Below, piece after piece: positions 21,058 through 31,109 of a stretch of 64,000 bases of DNA. Source of the DNA: Candidatus Calditenuaceae archaeon HR02 (GTDB lineage Archaea; Thermoproteota; Nitrososphaeria_A; Caldarchaeales; Calditenuaceae); the NCBI GenBank assembly GCA_002898395.1, contig BEHE01000002.1, positions 32,001-96,000 of the forward strand. The letters run 5' to 3'. The first letter of the stretch is position 1. Each line of letters starts with the position of its first letter. Both the position numbers and the translations under genes were made by a program. The notes below the pieces were generated by a model. The model had not been told where the DNA came from and made no database searches. It saw only the letters and a list, made by a program, of their open reading frames with translations.

Positions 21058-21303
21058 TTGGGAAAGATACGCACTAGGAAGGTCAAGGTTCTCGCTGCCG
21101 AGATACTTGAACACTACCCTGACAGGGTTAAGCCAGATTTCCAGCAAAATAAGCTCCTAGTTCAGGAGGTATTGGAGGGAACAGTCTCTCAGAGGCTGAT
21201 AAACAAGGTAGCCGGCTACCTTACTACACTCGTGAAGAGGAGGCTCAAGGAGGGTGAGGTACAGGAGGAGGCGGTAGAGGCTACGGGCGGGGTTAACGCT
21301 TAA
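21058..21303 (+). CDS. rps17e: 30S ribosomal protein S17e
   Basis: MGKIRTRKVK...DFQQNK...NKVAGYLT. Confidence 0.95.
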   Translation: MGKIRTRKVKVLAAEILEHYPDRVKPDFQQNKLLVQEVLEGTVSQRLINKVAGYLTTLVKRRLKEGEVQEEAVEATGGVNA

Positions 21304-21348
21304 TATTTAGCAGCGGAGCAATCCGTTAAGGGGGCTCTAGATAGTATA

Positions 21349-22461
21349 ATGGGGATTACAGGCAGAAAGAAAGACCACATAAGAATAGTGCTTGAGAGCA
21401 TGTCGGTACAGAGGGGCAGTAACTGGCTCGAATATGTGCACATAATTCCAAGAGCGGCGCCAGACATTAATGTCGAAGAGGTCGACGTAACTGCCACTTT
21501 CCTCGGGAAGCGATTTTCAGCACCTATATTAATTGAGGGGATGACGGGCGGTACTGATGAGGCTGCCAAGATAAATGCAACTCTGGCGGAGGCTGCAGAA
21601 AGTGCGGGAATCCCGATGGGCGTTGGGAGCCAGAGAGCTGGGATTGCTAGCCCTGAGCTCCGCTATACGTTCAGGGCCGCCCGTGAGGCAGGCCCAGATT
21701 TATTCCTGATAGCGAATATAGGGGCGGCGCAGCTGGCACAGCACGGGGTACACTCTGCATGGGAGGCGGTTAAAATGATCGACGCAAACGCCATAGCAAT
21801 ACACGTGAACACCCTCCAGGAGATTATACAGCCTGAGGGGGATAGAAGGTTTAAAGGGTTTCTAGCGCAGATTCGCAGACTATGCGGCGAGATTGGGATA
21901 CCCGTGATAATTAAGGAGGTGGGTTGTGGGATCTCCTTCGAGGACGCTGTCATACTCCGCGAACTTGGGGTCTCGGCGGTTGATGTGGCGGGTAGAGGTG
22001 GGACAAGCTGGGTGGAGATAGAGAGGATGAGGGCGGTTGAGGCAGGGAGGCTTGACAGAGCCCAGTTGGCGGAGGTATTTCAGGACTGGGGAATACCCAC
22101 CGCTGCCTCTGTCCTAGAGGTGGCACAGGTTGACGGCCTCGAGATAGTTGGCTCCGGCGGTATAAGAAATGGCCTCGAGATCGCCAAACTACTTCTTCTA
22201 GGTGCAAATATGGGAGGAATGGCCATGCCCTTCCTGAGGGCAGCTGTTCAGGGGGTTGGGGAAGTTGAGAATCTGATTAAGCGTCTAAAAGAGGAGCTGA
22301 GAGTAACCCTCGCGCTTTGTGGCGCCTCCAACATAACCGAGTTCAAAAAAAAGACCAGTTACATCTTAACTGGCCCACTAAAAGAGTGGAGAGACCAGCG
22401 AATCGCAGGCAGAGCAGGGAAGAACCAGCGGCACAGCTCACACCATGAGCGGCAACCTTAG
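21349..22461 (+). CDS. fni: Type 2 isopentenyl-diphosphate isomerase
   Basis: RKKDHI, GMTGG, GVGSQR, KEVGCG, GRGGTSW. Confidence 0.95.
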   Translation: MGITGRKKDHIRIVLESMSVQRGSNWLEYVHIIPRAAPDINVEEVDVTATFLGKRFSAPILIEGMTGGTDEAAKINATLAEAAESAGIPMGVGSQRAGIASPELRYTFRAAREAGPDLFLIANIGAAQLAQHGVHSAWEAVKMIDANAIAIHVNTLQEIIQPEGDRRFKGFLAQIRRLCGEIGIPVIIKEVGCGISFEDAVILRELGVSAVDVAGRGGTSWVEIERMRAVEAGRLDRAQLAEVFQDWGIPTAASVLEVAQVDGLEIVGSGGIRNGLEIAKLLLLGANMGGMAMPFLRAAVQGVGEVENLIKRLKEELRVTLALCGASNITEFKKKTSYILTGPLKEWRDQRIAGRAGKNQRHSSHHERQP

Positions 22462-23277
22462 ATGATAAAGGATATAGAGAATGATTGCCACAGCAACGTA
22501 AGAAGCCCACGCCTTAAAGGATGTCGTAATTATTTTCAAACCGTCAAGGGGGCCTAGTGGAATAAGGTTTATCAGACCCATCAATACGTTCAAATGCCCG
22601 ACCAGGAGCAGAGCTATAGAGAGGCCAATGTTAAACAATCCGAGGAGCGAGTAGGTTATGTAGATGACGGGCAGCAGTACTGCAGCAATAACCAGATTAA
22701 CGATGGGGCCCGCAGCGGCGATCTTGGCAACGCCACGTTGAGTGGCGTAGCCGAAGATTATGACTGCTCCCGGAGCTATGAATTTGAAGGGTAGTAGTAT
22801 TGATATTAGGCTTATAATCGAGCCGAATAGATTCAACCTAAACCTTGCCCAGTGCCCCTGCCTAACCGCCTCGAACTTATGGGCCAGCTCGTGGGCTATG
22901 AAAGAGGCCACAACAGCCGCAACCACACCAGCTGAGAGAGGAATCCCCCACAACATGGCTAGAGGATAGATCAGCGAGAAAGCCACGCCGGCCACGATGC
23001 AGGAGCCTGCAAAGAGGTGTAGAGCCTCAGAGCCTTTCTCCATAGCTGTGAGCTTGGAAAAGAGCATCTCGGTCTTCACCGCAAGCATGGTGGCAGACCT
23101 AGGGGAGCCGCCTTGAGACCTGGCCTCCCTCTTCTCAATCTCAATCAAGTTACGCGCAAGGTACAATGAGCGACACTCATGGGCCTCGGGGAGCCTATGC
23201 TTAGAGCAGAAATAGTCCCCACAGTAGGCACACTTGAAGGGTAGTACCTCCTCGGCGCCGCATTTACTGCAACGCAT
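22438..23277 (-). CDS. AN1-type zinc finger fused to M50 (site-2) membrane metalloprotease
   Basis: CxxC...CxYC...FCxxHRLPExHxC; HELAH; AAAGP; NLIPLGPLDG. Confidence 0.85.
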   Translation of the reverse strand: MRCSKCGAEEVLPFKCAYCGDYFCSKHRLPEAHECRSLYLARNLIEIEKREARSQGGSPRSATMLAVKTEMLFSKLTAMEKGSEALHLFAGSCIVAGVAFSLIYPLAMLWGIPLSAGVVAAVVASFIAHELAHKFEAVRQGHWARFRLNLFGSIISLISILLPFKFIAPGAVIIFGYATQRGVAKIAAAGPIVNLVIAAVLLPVIYITYSLLGLFNIGLSIALLLVGHLNVLMGLINLIPLGPLDGLKIITTSFKAWASYVAVAIILYILYHLRLPLMV

Positions 23278-23460
23278 ACTATACCCTAAACCTTAACCTA
23301 TCCTCTATCACTGAGCCTTAAACTTTCCTTCAAGATAGGCCGGCCGGTAGCCCTCCAGCACCGTCCTAGAGGCCGCCCCTAAGGATTTCTTAGTCAACAA
23401 CCAGCAAGCATTAGTCAAAGATATATTTATGAGCCCCGTAGACAGTTTTAAGGAGGAGCT

Positions 23461-24600
23461 GTGGTAACACTCACACCCGCTTCCGGAGACAGTGTATCTG
23501 TGCTATTCCAACTACTCTGGTTCCTCTTCCTCCTAACGTTTTTCTTCATCTACCCCTACTTCGGGCAAAAGACACAGCTGGCATTCATTCTGAGGTACAT
23601 TGAGAAGAGGCTGGCAGTGCTTAAACAGATAAGGGACGAGGTGAAGGAGAGGACAGTCAGCACACTCAAGCTATATGTCGATGACAATAAGGACTCGGCA
23701 GCGATGGAAAAGGAGCTGGAAAACTTGTTAGAGTTCTTCTACATCCCGCCAGAGTCCATGGATCCGTCCGGCATAGTGTACAAGCTGGAGCATATCCTTG
23801 AGATCGGTGATTCTCGTTTTGAGGAGAGTGTTTCTAGGATGGCGCCGAAGGCCGATATTCACCGCGTCAAGAGCCTCTCAAACCTCGTCGAGGTGGCCCG
23901 GGCTCTCAACATTATCTACAGAGTTGTCAGGCATTATTATCTATTGGGTAAAAGGATGGCTAACTACTTCTTGGCAGTGCAGATACAGATACAGCTCCCC
24001 ATGATAATGGAGCTGGCAGAGTCATATAGGCAGGCATCATATGCCTTCCTTAAAGGTCTACCGATAGGAGACGGGATAGGCGTGCTATCTGCCGCAAAAT
24101 TTGTCAGGGAGAGTAAGAAGATATCTGATATGGAGATAGCTAAGGATACCTGGCTTGAAGTCGTCGAGTTTGAGGGTAGGAAGGTGTATGTTGTAAGGCC
24201 TATCGGGCCGGGCGGCACAGTAGGGAGGCCAGGGGAGGCTGTAAAGAAGCTGGTCTACGAGATGGACACCAAGCCAGACTTAATAATAACAATTGATGCG
24301 GCGTTAAAGCTGGAGGGCGAGGAAACTGGGAAGATAGCTGAGGGGGTGGGCGTAGCTATAGGCGGTCCAGGGATCGACAAGTTCAAGATCGAGACCATTG
24401 CGAAAGAGAAGAACGTCCCACTTTACGCCATCGTGATATACCAGTCGATACTGGAGGCGATAACGCCGATGAGGGAAAGTATTGTAAAGTCCGCCGACAT
24501 CGTAGTGAATAGGGTGAAAGAGTTGATAAGGGATAAAGTCCCCTCTAATGGGACGGCCGTCGTAGCCGGTATAGGAAACACTATTGGCGTGGGGATCTAG
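23461..24600 (+). CDS. DUF1512 family protein
   Basis: 'PIGDGIG', 'GPGGTVGRPG', 'IDAALKLEGE', C-terminal GIGNTIG. Confidence 0.8.
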   Translation: MVTLTPASGDSVSVLFQLLWFLFLLTFFFIYPYFGQKTQLAFILRYIEKRLAVLKQIRDEVKERTVSTLKLYVDDNKDSAAMEKELENLLEFFYIPPESMDPSGIVYKLEHILEIGDSRFEESVSRMAPKADIHRVKSLSNLVEVARALNIIYRVVRHYYLLGKRMANYFLAVQIQIQLPMIMELAESYRQASYAFLKGLPIGDGIGVLSAAKFVRESKKISDMEIAKDTWLEVVEFEGRKVYVVRPIGPGGTVGRPGEAVKKLVYEMDTKPDLIITIDAALKLEGEETGKIAEGVGVAIGGPGIDKFKIETIAKEKNVPLYAIVIYQSILEAITPMRESIVKSADIVVNRVKELIRDKVPSNGTAVVAGIGNTIGVGI

Positions 24601-24611
24601 GAGGGAACCGC

Positions 24612-24851
24612 ATGAGCATTAACATGACCGGATTGGGGCAGGAGGGCTCCATCACAAAGGTTAGGCCGGTGCCCTTCAACCCTATCACCCAGCTGAAATG
24701 CCTGAGCTGCGGCTCGACACACACCCGGCCTCACAAAGAGGGCGACTTTATCTTCAAAAATGTCGAGGAGAAGTGCCCTAACTGTGGGGGCAACACCCAC
24801 TTAATCACCGCCATCTATGTAGAGGAGCAGAAACAGCAAAGATTCAGATAA
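24612..24851 (+). CDS. Small zinc-ribbon protein
   Basis: CLSC...EGDFIFK...CPNC...ITAIY. Confidence 0.7.
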   Translation: MSINMTGLGQEGSITKVRPVPFNPITQLKCLSCGSTHTRPHKEGDFIFKNVEEKCPNCGGNTHLITAIYVEEQKQQRFR

Positions 24852-24888
24852 AACACTTCGTATAAATTTTGCAGACTGTAACCACTCC

Positions 24889-26154
24889 TCAGGCTGTCTC
24901 CCTCTTAGCGAGAATAGCTTCGCGGGAGACGTGGGAGTGGGGGTCTATCTTGGCATTGGTTAGCACAGAGCCTTTCTCGATCACCGAATTGTCTCCAACA
25001 ACGCTTACGCCTAGAACTACTGTGGGCTCAATTCTCGAGGACAATATCTTTACATGCCGCGCGATAATTGAATCTTGTATATATGCTCCCTCTCCCACAT
25101 AAACCCTGTCGTGCAGCGCAGATCTCTCGATTGTTACACCATCACCGATAAAACAGTAGTTATCAATGTACGCGTCCCCGATAATTACATCATCACCAAT
25201 CTGGCAATGCCGCCCAATGAGGACATTTCCATCGATCTTGATCCGGCCCTCCTGGACCTTCCTGAGAATCTCTTCCTTCCTACGCATAGAGGCCAAGCTC
25301 TGGCCAAGTATCCAGAGCTTGGATCCTCCCGCCTCGTATGTAGGCTCCCCAAAGAAAATATTCATAAAACCGCTATCCATAATCCTCATCATCGACTCGA
25401 GATAGAGTTCAGGTGTCCCAACATCGTACCATTCGCCCTTCATTTCATAGGCATATACCTTGTATCCTTTCTTGATGAGATAAGGAATGAGGTCTAATCC
25501 GAAGTCGAGGCGCCGTAAAGTGGCTTTCCTCGCCCTGACTTCAGGGTCTAAACAGATCCTCCTGACGTCTGGTGAGAAGAGATAGATCCCCGTACTGGCG
25601 AGGTTTGATGGTTCCTCGCCGCGCGGAGGCTTCTCCACGAATCCATTAACCCTGCCCTTACCATCTACCTCAACTACCCCGTAGGCAGATGGGTCTGATA
25701 CACGCTTCACACCAACTGTGACGAATGCTGAGTTCTCCTCATGAAAGGCCAACAGAGACTTCAGATCTAGTTCGAAGACATTGTCTCCTTGTGCAACAAG
25801 GACGGGTGTGTTTATGTCATAGTAATCCAAGTTAATCAGGAAGCTATCAGCGTTTCCAACGTCATCTATGTTTGGCTGATATTTTATAGAGATCCGGGGC
25901 GTGATACCGTATTTTAAAGAGATTCCATGCCCCTCTTGGAAATAGTCGAAGAGGGAGCGATAATTTATATACCCCTTAACACCGAAGACGAAGTTCCTAA
26001 TCCCTTGCCACGCCAGGTGGATAATAGCATATTCTATGAGGGGTCTCCCTAAAAACCTGACCAATGCTTTAGACACTTCTAAGGTGAGAGGCTGAAGCCT
26101 CTTAGCCACCCCCCCTACGGGTATGAAGGCATAAAGGTCGGAAACTTGAGCCAA
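24889..26154 (-). CDS. NDP-sugar pyrophosphorylase (GlgC/mannose-1-phosphate guanylyltransferase family)
   Basis: GGVAKRLQPLT, GDN, FVEKP, WYDVGTP, C-terminal hexapeptide beta-helix. Confidence 0.88.
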   Translation of the reverse strand: MAQVSDLYAFIPVGGVAKRLQPLTLEVSKALVRFLGRPLIEYAIIHLAWQGIRNFVFGVKGYINYRSLFDYFQEGHGISLKYGITPRISIKYQPNIDDVGNADSFLINLDYYDINTPVLVAQGDNVFELDLKSLLAFHEENSAFVTVGVKRVSDPSAYGVVEVDGKGRVNGFVEKPPRGEEPSNLASTGIYLFSPDVRRICLDPEVRARKATLRRLDFGLDLIPYLIKKGYKVYAYEMKGEWYDVGTPELYLESMMRIMDSGFMNIFFGEPTYEAGGSKLWILGQSLASMRRKEEILRKVQEGRIKIDGNVLIGRHCQIGDDVIIGDAYIDNYCFIGDGVTIERSALHDRVYVGEGAYIQDSIIARHVKILSSRIEPTVVLGVSVVGDNSVIEKGSVLTNAKIDPHSHVSREAILAKRETA

Positions 26155-26238
26155 CCCAATAAACTATTATCGCACTAAGCTTGATAAGGATTTCCTCTCC
26201 CGCGGCTAAAAACCATAAATCATGCTAAGATAAACTGT

Positions 26239-26628
26239 ATGTCGCTTCAGAAGTTGAGAAGGCCTAGTCCACGAGAGTTAAGAAGGATGCAGGACAGGAT
26301 GCTTAGCAGTTTAGGAGTCTCTATGGAGGAGCTAGGCCTTGCTAAAGAAGTCACGATAGAGCTTCAGGACAGGACAATCAGGATAAGTGGACCTGCTGTG
26401 GTGGCCATTAATTCACAGGCCGGCAGAATATACCAGATTGTAGGTGGCGAGGAGTTTAAGTCACCAAAAGGAGAGGGAGAAGGGCCTCAATATGAGCCGA
26501 GCCCGGAGGATGTGGCCCTAGTCGCAGCCCAAGCAGGTGTTGAGCCGGAAGAGGCAAGAAGAGCTCTCATAGAGTCTGGAGGAGACTTGGCCCGCGCAAT
26601 AATAAGCCTCAGGACACAGAAGACATGA
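26239..26628 (+). CDS. nac: Nascent polypeptide-associated complex protein
   Basis: NAC domain plus UBA-like 'EDVALVAAQAGV...GDLARAI'. Confidence 0.92.
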   Translation: MSLQKLRRPSPRELRRMQDRMLSSLGVSMEELGLAKEVTIELQDRTIRISGPAVVAINSQAGRIYQIVGGEEFKSPKGEGEGPQYEPSPEDVALVAAQAGVEPEEARRALIESGGDLARAIISLRTQKT

Positions 26629-28360
26629 GACTTTCTCCAGGCTGATTTCTCAGCAGAATTGGGAGAGACTGCAGTAGATCCAATATTGGCTCCCTCCCAT
26701 GCAGCTTAGCCAGTCTTTCTACAGCCGAATCCTCCAGCACTATGCCCCCCAATAACTGAGCAAGATCCTGCAAATGGTCTAGATTTAGCGCCAAGAATAT
26801 CCCCGAGAGATCGTTACAATAGTGGTTTAACGGTCCCCGTATTTCTGTCTCGGGAGAGAACCTGTTATTTGCAAGAACCTTATCGATCGAGTAGAGCCTG
26901 TCTGATAATTGCCTTGGCCAGCTCGAGGCTATTACGACTCTTCCCCTGAGAGATGGAACACTGTTGATAGCTTCTGCCAAGCACCTTATAACGCGGGCTA
27001 ACAAATTGTATCCTTCATCCACCCCAGTTAATAACGGTCTCATAACCTCGACCAGACCAATAGGAGCCAGTAGGTAGAGCAACTGTATCCGCGGAGCATC
27101 TTTATGGAATTTGTAGAGGTAGCGGGTGCACCGCTCCAGATATCTGGCCAGCCTTTCAAGCATCGGGGACAGTCTTTGAATCATTATAGACTCATCAAAC
27201 CCGCTATTATTCAATAGCCGCAGAAAGTTAAGGCCCATGAAGGAGTGAACACCGAAGTCCCCTGAAACGGAAGTTTTGATAGCGTATTGTGTGAATAGGG
27301 TTCTATCACCTCTGTAGAAGGTGTAGAGAATCGGGCTTTCAGCCCTGGAAGGCAGTCCTACAATTACTTTATCGACCCACTTACATCTATTCAAGACCTC
27401 GTCAAGTCTATGACCACTCAGCAATTTTTCGGAATACTTGGCTATAATTGGGGTAGGGCCCTCAATTAGAAAGTAAATGTCCTCAGGAAAAGGGTAGGAA
27501 GGGGTTGGATATTCCCGTAATTCTGAGTCTACATCAAGTTGTATTATAAGGTCGTTGTACACCAGCCCCAATACTTTTGGAACAACGCTCTCGTCGTATT
27601 TTGTGAGTGAAACACTAAAGAATTGTAAGGGTCCGCGGGGTAGAGGATACAAGTCGAGCTCTCCTAAGTAGTAGTGCTGTTTAAGCTGCTTTTGAAAGAA
27701 TTTTTCAACGATAAGTGTCCGCATCGTTGTGTCGAGGATGAAGTTTTTTAGCATTTTTAGGTTCATTTTCTCCACGGATCTGTGGAAGGCTGAGTAGAGC
27801 TCCCGTATTGTGGGGGTTGATGGCATGATGTTTGATATCTTCTCTAGCTCAATATTTCTGGAGAGGAGCTCTACCCTCAAGAGATCCTCAACAAGCCATC
27901 TCGGGATCATGGACGTCTGCAATTCATCTAGCTTCTTTTCAACTAGAATCCCCACACTACGGGCTAGGTCTGCCGGGATTTGAATCGCCTCCACCAACTG
28001 TTCAGCTATGATGTTCCTATTGATTGGCTCGAAAGAGTAGTCCCAATTAAGCACAATCAACTCGCCTGATACAGATTTACGTTGAAGGTTACGTACCACT
28101 TCGACCGCCCTCCTACCTAGCGGCGTTAGTGAGTATGTTCGAGACTTGCCCGAATATTCGATAAGACCTGCCCTCAACACTGTCTTGAGATGATATGTAA
28201 ATTTCCCTACATCCTCCCGCTCACTTAATCCTGCATATTTCATCAGTTCGGAGAAGTTCATCTGCGACGTACTTAGGGCCTCTATTATTGAGAGTCTGAT
28301 GGGTGAGGAAATTGCTTTCAAAATGGATGCTACCTCAGCTCTGCCATCCTCATGTCTCAT
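26609..28360 (-). CDS. ArsR winged-helix + ATP-cone-like + degenerate class III ribonucleotide reductase-like fusion
   Basis: N-terminal 'SSPIRLSII...FSELM...GKFTYHL' HTH; ATP-cone-like segment; 'HYYLGELDL', 'GLNFLRL', 'PIGLVE' resemble NrdD; no C-terminal glycyl-radical motif. Confidence 0.6.
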   Translation of the reverse strand: MRHEDGRAEVASILKAISSPIRLSIIEALSTSQMNFSELMKYAGLSEREDVGKFTYHLKTVLRAGLIEYSGKSRTYSLTPLGRRAVEVVRNLQRKSVSGELIVLNWDYSFEPINRNIIAEQLVEAIQIPADLARSVGILVEKKLDELQTSMIPRWLVEDLLRVELLSRNIELEKISNIMPSTPTIRELYSAFHRSVEKMNLKMLKNFILDTTMRTLIVEKFFQKQLKQHYYLGELDLYPLPRGPLQFFSVSLTKYDESVVPKVLGLVYNDLIIQLDVDSELREYPTPSYPFPEDIYFLIEGPTPIIAKYSEKLLSGHRLDEVLNRCKWVDKVIVGLPSRAESPILYTFYRGDRTLFTQYAIKTSVSGDFGVHSFMGLNFLRLLNNSGFDESIMIQRLSPMLERLARYLERCTRYLYKFHKDAPRIQLLYLLAPIGLVEVMRPLLTGVDEGYNLLARVIRCLAEAINSVPSLRGRVVIASSWPRQLSDRLYSIDKVLANNRFSPETEIRGPLNHYCNDLSGIFLALNLDHLQDLAQLLGGIVLEDSAVERLAKLHGREPILDLLQSLPILLRNQPGESLMSSVS

Positions 28361-28469
28361 AACTTCCCTCTGCAGAAGACAAGCCTGCCACTAAAGCTTT
28401 ACTGAGCCCAAAAACGCGATACCTTAAATTACTCCCAGTTGAGATTATTACCGAGTGGACTGGTCCAAC

Positions 28470-28543
28470 GGGCCCGTAGCTCAGCCAGGTAGAGCGGCCG
28501 GCTCATAACCGGTAGGTCGTGGGTTCGAATCCCACCGGGCCCA
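28470..28543 (+). tRNA. tRNA with CAT anticodon, probably tRNA-Ile2 (agmatidine type) rather than Met
   Basis: GGGCCCG/CGGGCCC acceptor stem, CCGG-CTCATAA-CCGG anticodon arm, GGTTCGAATCC T-loop; the GGGCCC acceptor is typical of archaeal Ile. Confidence 0.9.
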
Positions 28544-28645
28544 CACGAGGCGGGTAGATAGTAATTATGGAATGTAATTACGAATGACGACTGGTTCGTA
28601 GGCATGGAAACGGATAAGGGAAAGAAAGGGGAGGGGTTTACGTTG

Positions 28646-29517
28646 TCATCGAATCGTCAGAAGAAGCCCTCTCTTCTTCAAATATTCCTCGAGTCTCTTC
28701 CTCTCGATCGTGAAACTGACCTTCTCGTAGAACGTCAGATTCGACTTCTTACTCACCTTGACGTAATAACAGTCTTTTCTCTGTCTATACACTTTCCCCG
28801 TCTCTGGATCTCTAATCGGCGTTCCGGCCCGCTGACGCAATATCGGCTCATCTGAGGTCGTCTCTATTCCGATTCTGCTCAGCAGGTATATCACGTATTC
28901 TAGTAGCCTGTAGTCGGTGTTGGTCACCTCAATTATACCATTTTTACGAACGCAGCCCTCGCTGTCGAAGAATCCTCGTAAAAATGCCGCGATACATCTC
29001 TCGCAGTGCTCAACGTACGGTCTGATCTTCTCGATATCTATGGGTTTCTTGAGCAGTTCGTAAAGTGTTTTGGATGCGACTTCGACGACCCATCTACCGT
29101 CTTTATTCAGTCTTGGTATTGGTGGTTCCCTTCCCAGAACCCTCGCTATTGTCTTGGCATAGAACTCGCCGAACTCTTTGTCCTTGACCATTAATCCGAT
29201 AAAGAATTCGTCATATGTTGGTGGCGGTTTACTTTTCTTCCAAACATAACCGTCTCCAGCCTCAACTCCGATCACGTAGGCTAGATCCTCTGAAGGCTTC
29301 AGGAACTCTAATGTCGGTACTCTGATTCCGTTGTAAGGAGAGTGTTTCCTATTGCACCATTCGCTGCAAGCGGACTTGCGGATAGTAACGTTATATCTTC
29401 TCTTTATCTCCTTGATTATTTGTCCGTAAGACAGTCCCTGTTTTCGGAGTTCAAGAACGTCCTCGTGGATCCTTATCCTCAGCCCCCTCGGGAGATAACT
29501 TCCCCCCTCTTCTCCAT
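28646..29517 (-). CDS. Free-standing double-motif LAGLIDADG endonuclease with N-terminal HTH; start codon out of frame at a G6 run
   Basis: The frame extends upstream of the tracked ORF (YLPRGLRIRIHEDVLELRKQGLSYGQII...LAYVIGVEAGDG...AFLRGFFDSEG); ATG at 29517 is one base out of frame. Confidence 0.8.
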
Positions 29518-29543
29518 TATTTCTTCTCTCCTATCACCCATTC

Positions 29544-30250
29544 TATACCACCTTTCTGAGTGCTAGGGTGTATTTGTGCTATAGGTCGTGGTTGTGTCCC
29601 TTTATTGTGTGGTATCTTGCTAGGCCGGTGTTTGATAGCTTGAACTTCAATGTCTCAACGTGTTTAAACCCGATGATCTCCGCCAGCTCTATTGTCAGAT
29701 TGTTAGGCTTACTAGGTCTCTTGATAGCCTGTGTAGCTTGTTGTTCCTGAAGTTCTTTAGGACTATAACTGCTAGGTCTCTGTTATTGTTGGTTCTGTTT
29801 AGGCATAGGTACATCGAGGCCAGTATCCCTAGCCATGCAGCCCTTAGATGTCTCCCAATCATCAATACAAGATTCCCACCACTAGTAATGACTAGTTTCT
29901 CGAGCCTTGGCCTGAACCCGCTGTTTACCAGCAGGCCGTATGGTGGTGAAGTTATTATTACGCGGCGTCTCTCACCGTTGAGCCGTCCCCTAGGCCTTAT
30001 AGCCCCGTATAGACATGCCGCATTCATGCTGTAGGCGTCTAGTAGTGTGCTGTGGTTTGTCACTGCAATCATCTCTCCCAAGAGCTCTTCAGCAATCTTG
30101 GCATACGTCGGCTCGACATCGTTGACTATTAGGTGGTTGTTGTCTGTGAGTCTGCAGGCTATGGCGGGGATAAATCTAGGCCCCCAAAATGTGGGGAGTA
30201 CCCCCTACCCCGGCCATAGGGTCTATAACAACATCTCCAACCCCAACACA
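29544..30250 (-). pseudogene. Amino-type (N6A/N4C) DNA methyltransferase remnant
   Basis: Pieces in different frames: 'GDVVIDPMAGVGGT' (motif I), 'IVNDVEPTYAKIA', 'VIITSPPY' (motif IV), 'AVIVLKNF', 'AEIIGFKHVET'; frameshifts and an internal TAG. Confidence 0.7.
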
Positions 30251-30419
30251 TCTCCTCCAGAGATAGTGGCTAGATGCTAAACCCTAGCAGTTTTAGTGGA
30301 AGACTTTTACTTGTAGATATGATGTTACTGCTGGCTTCAGGCTTAGGATGCCTGTGAGCAAGAAATATCTACTCCAGCCAGAGCTACTACTAGGGGAGAA
30401 GTCCATCCATATCGACTTA

Positions 30420-30652
30420 TGGATAGAGGATGGAATATCGTATAGGCCTAGGGAGAGAGGCTAGACTCGGATTATTACATACCGCATATCCAGCCGAACT
30501 ATAGGTGTGGGGAGGGATACTGCCCTGTCTGCCAATCAAGCTGGGACAAAGGCGACCACTACCCATACTGCAGTAGAAAACCCAGAAAAAAGCCAAGAAA
30601 AAACAGTGAGAAGAGATACATAAATAGAGGATCTGGAATAGTTAAGGCCTAA
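30420..30652 (+). pseudogene. Degenerate small Cys-rich/basic protein
   Basis: YRCGEGYCPVCQ...YPYCSRKPRKKPRK; no clean in-frame start. Confidence 0.3.
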
Positions 30653-31109
30653 AAGTATCACTCTCAATAACAATGGCGTAGAAGTTATTCTCAAACTCCA
30701 TTACCTCGGAATGGTATAATCCCCACCCAACGCCGTTAAATATTATTATAATAGGCAGGGGGGATAAGGGGGGGTCGTCTGAGCTTCATCATTCTCCTGC
30801 CGATACTTTCTTCAAAATCTCACAAGTCTTCCACCAATCCTCCTTTTCGCTTACTCCTATCCCATCCTTTATTGAGAGTTAGACGAGATGCCGCTTTCTA
30901 GGTATTGAGGAACTTCAGGTAGTCCTTTGGATAGATATACGTCGCATATACGTCCATCTTAGATTCCATCCACATCCATTGGGACGTGAGTGGTGTGGAC
31001 GAAAAATCTATGAATGCTCTAGTTTCGGTGGACTAAGTTCTTCCAAAGGACTTATCATCGAATAATAAGTAGTTGAGTAATTGAGGGTGTTGTTATTCCT
31101 CAGTCTTGA

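Noticed and set aside
28561-28586. Short tandem GTAATTA..GAATG repeat after the tRNA
   Set aside because: Only two imperfect copies with no spacers; not a CRISPR array.
30708-30735. Possible attR copy of the tRNA 3' end (GGTATAATCCCCACCC)
   Set aside because: Too many mismatches to GGTTCGAATCCCACCGGGCCCA, and no integrase is present.
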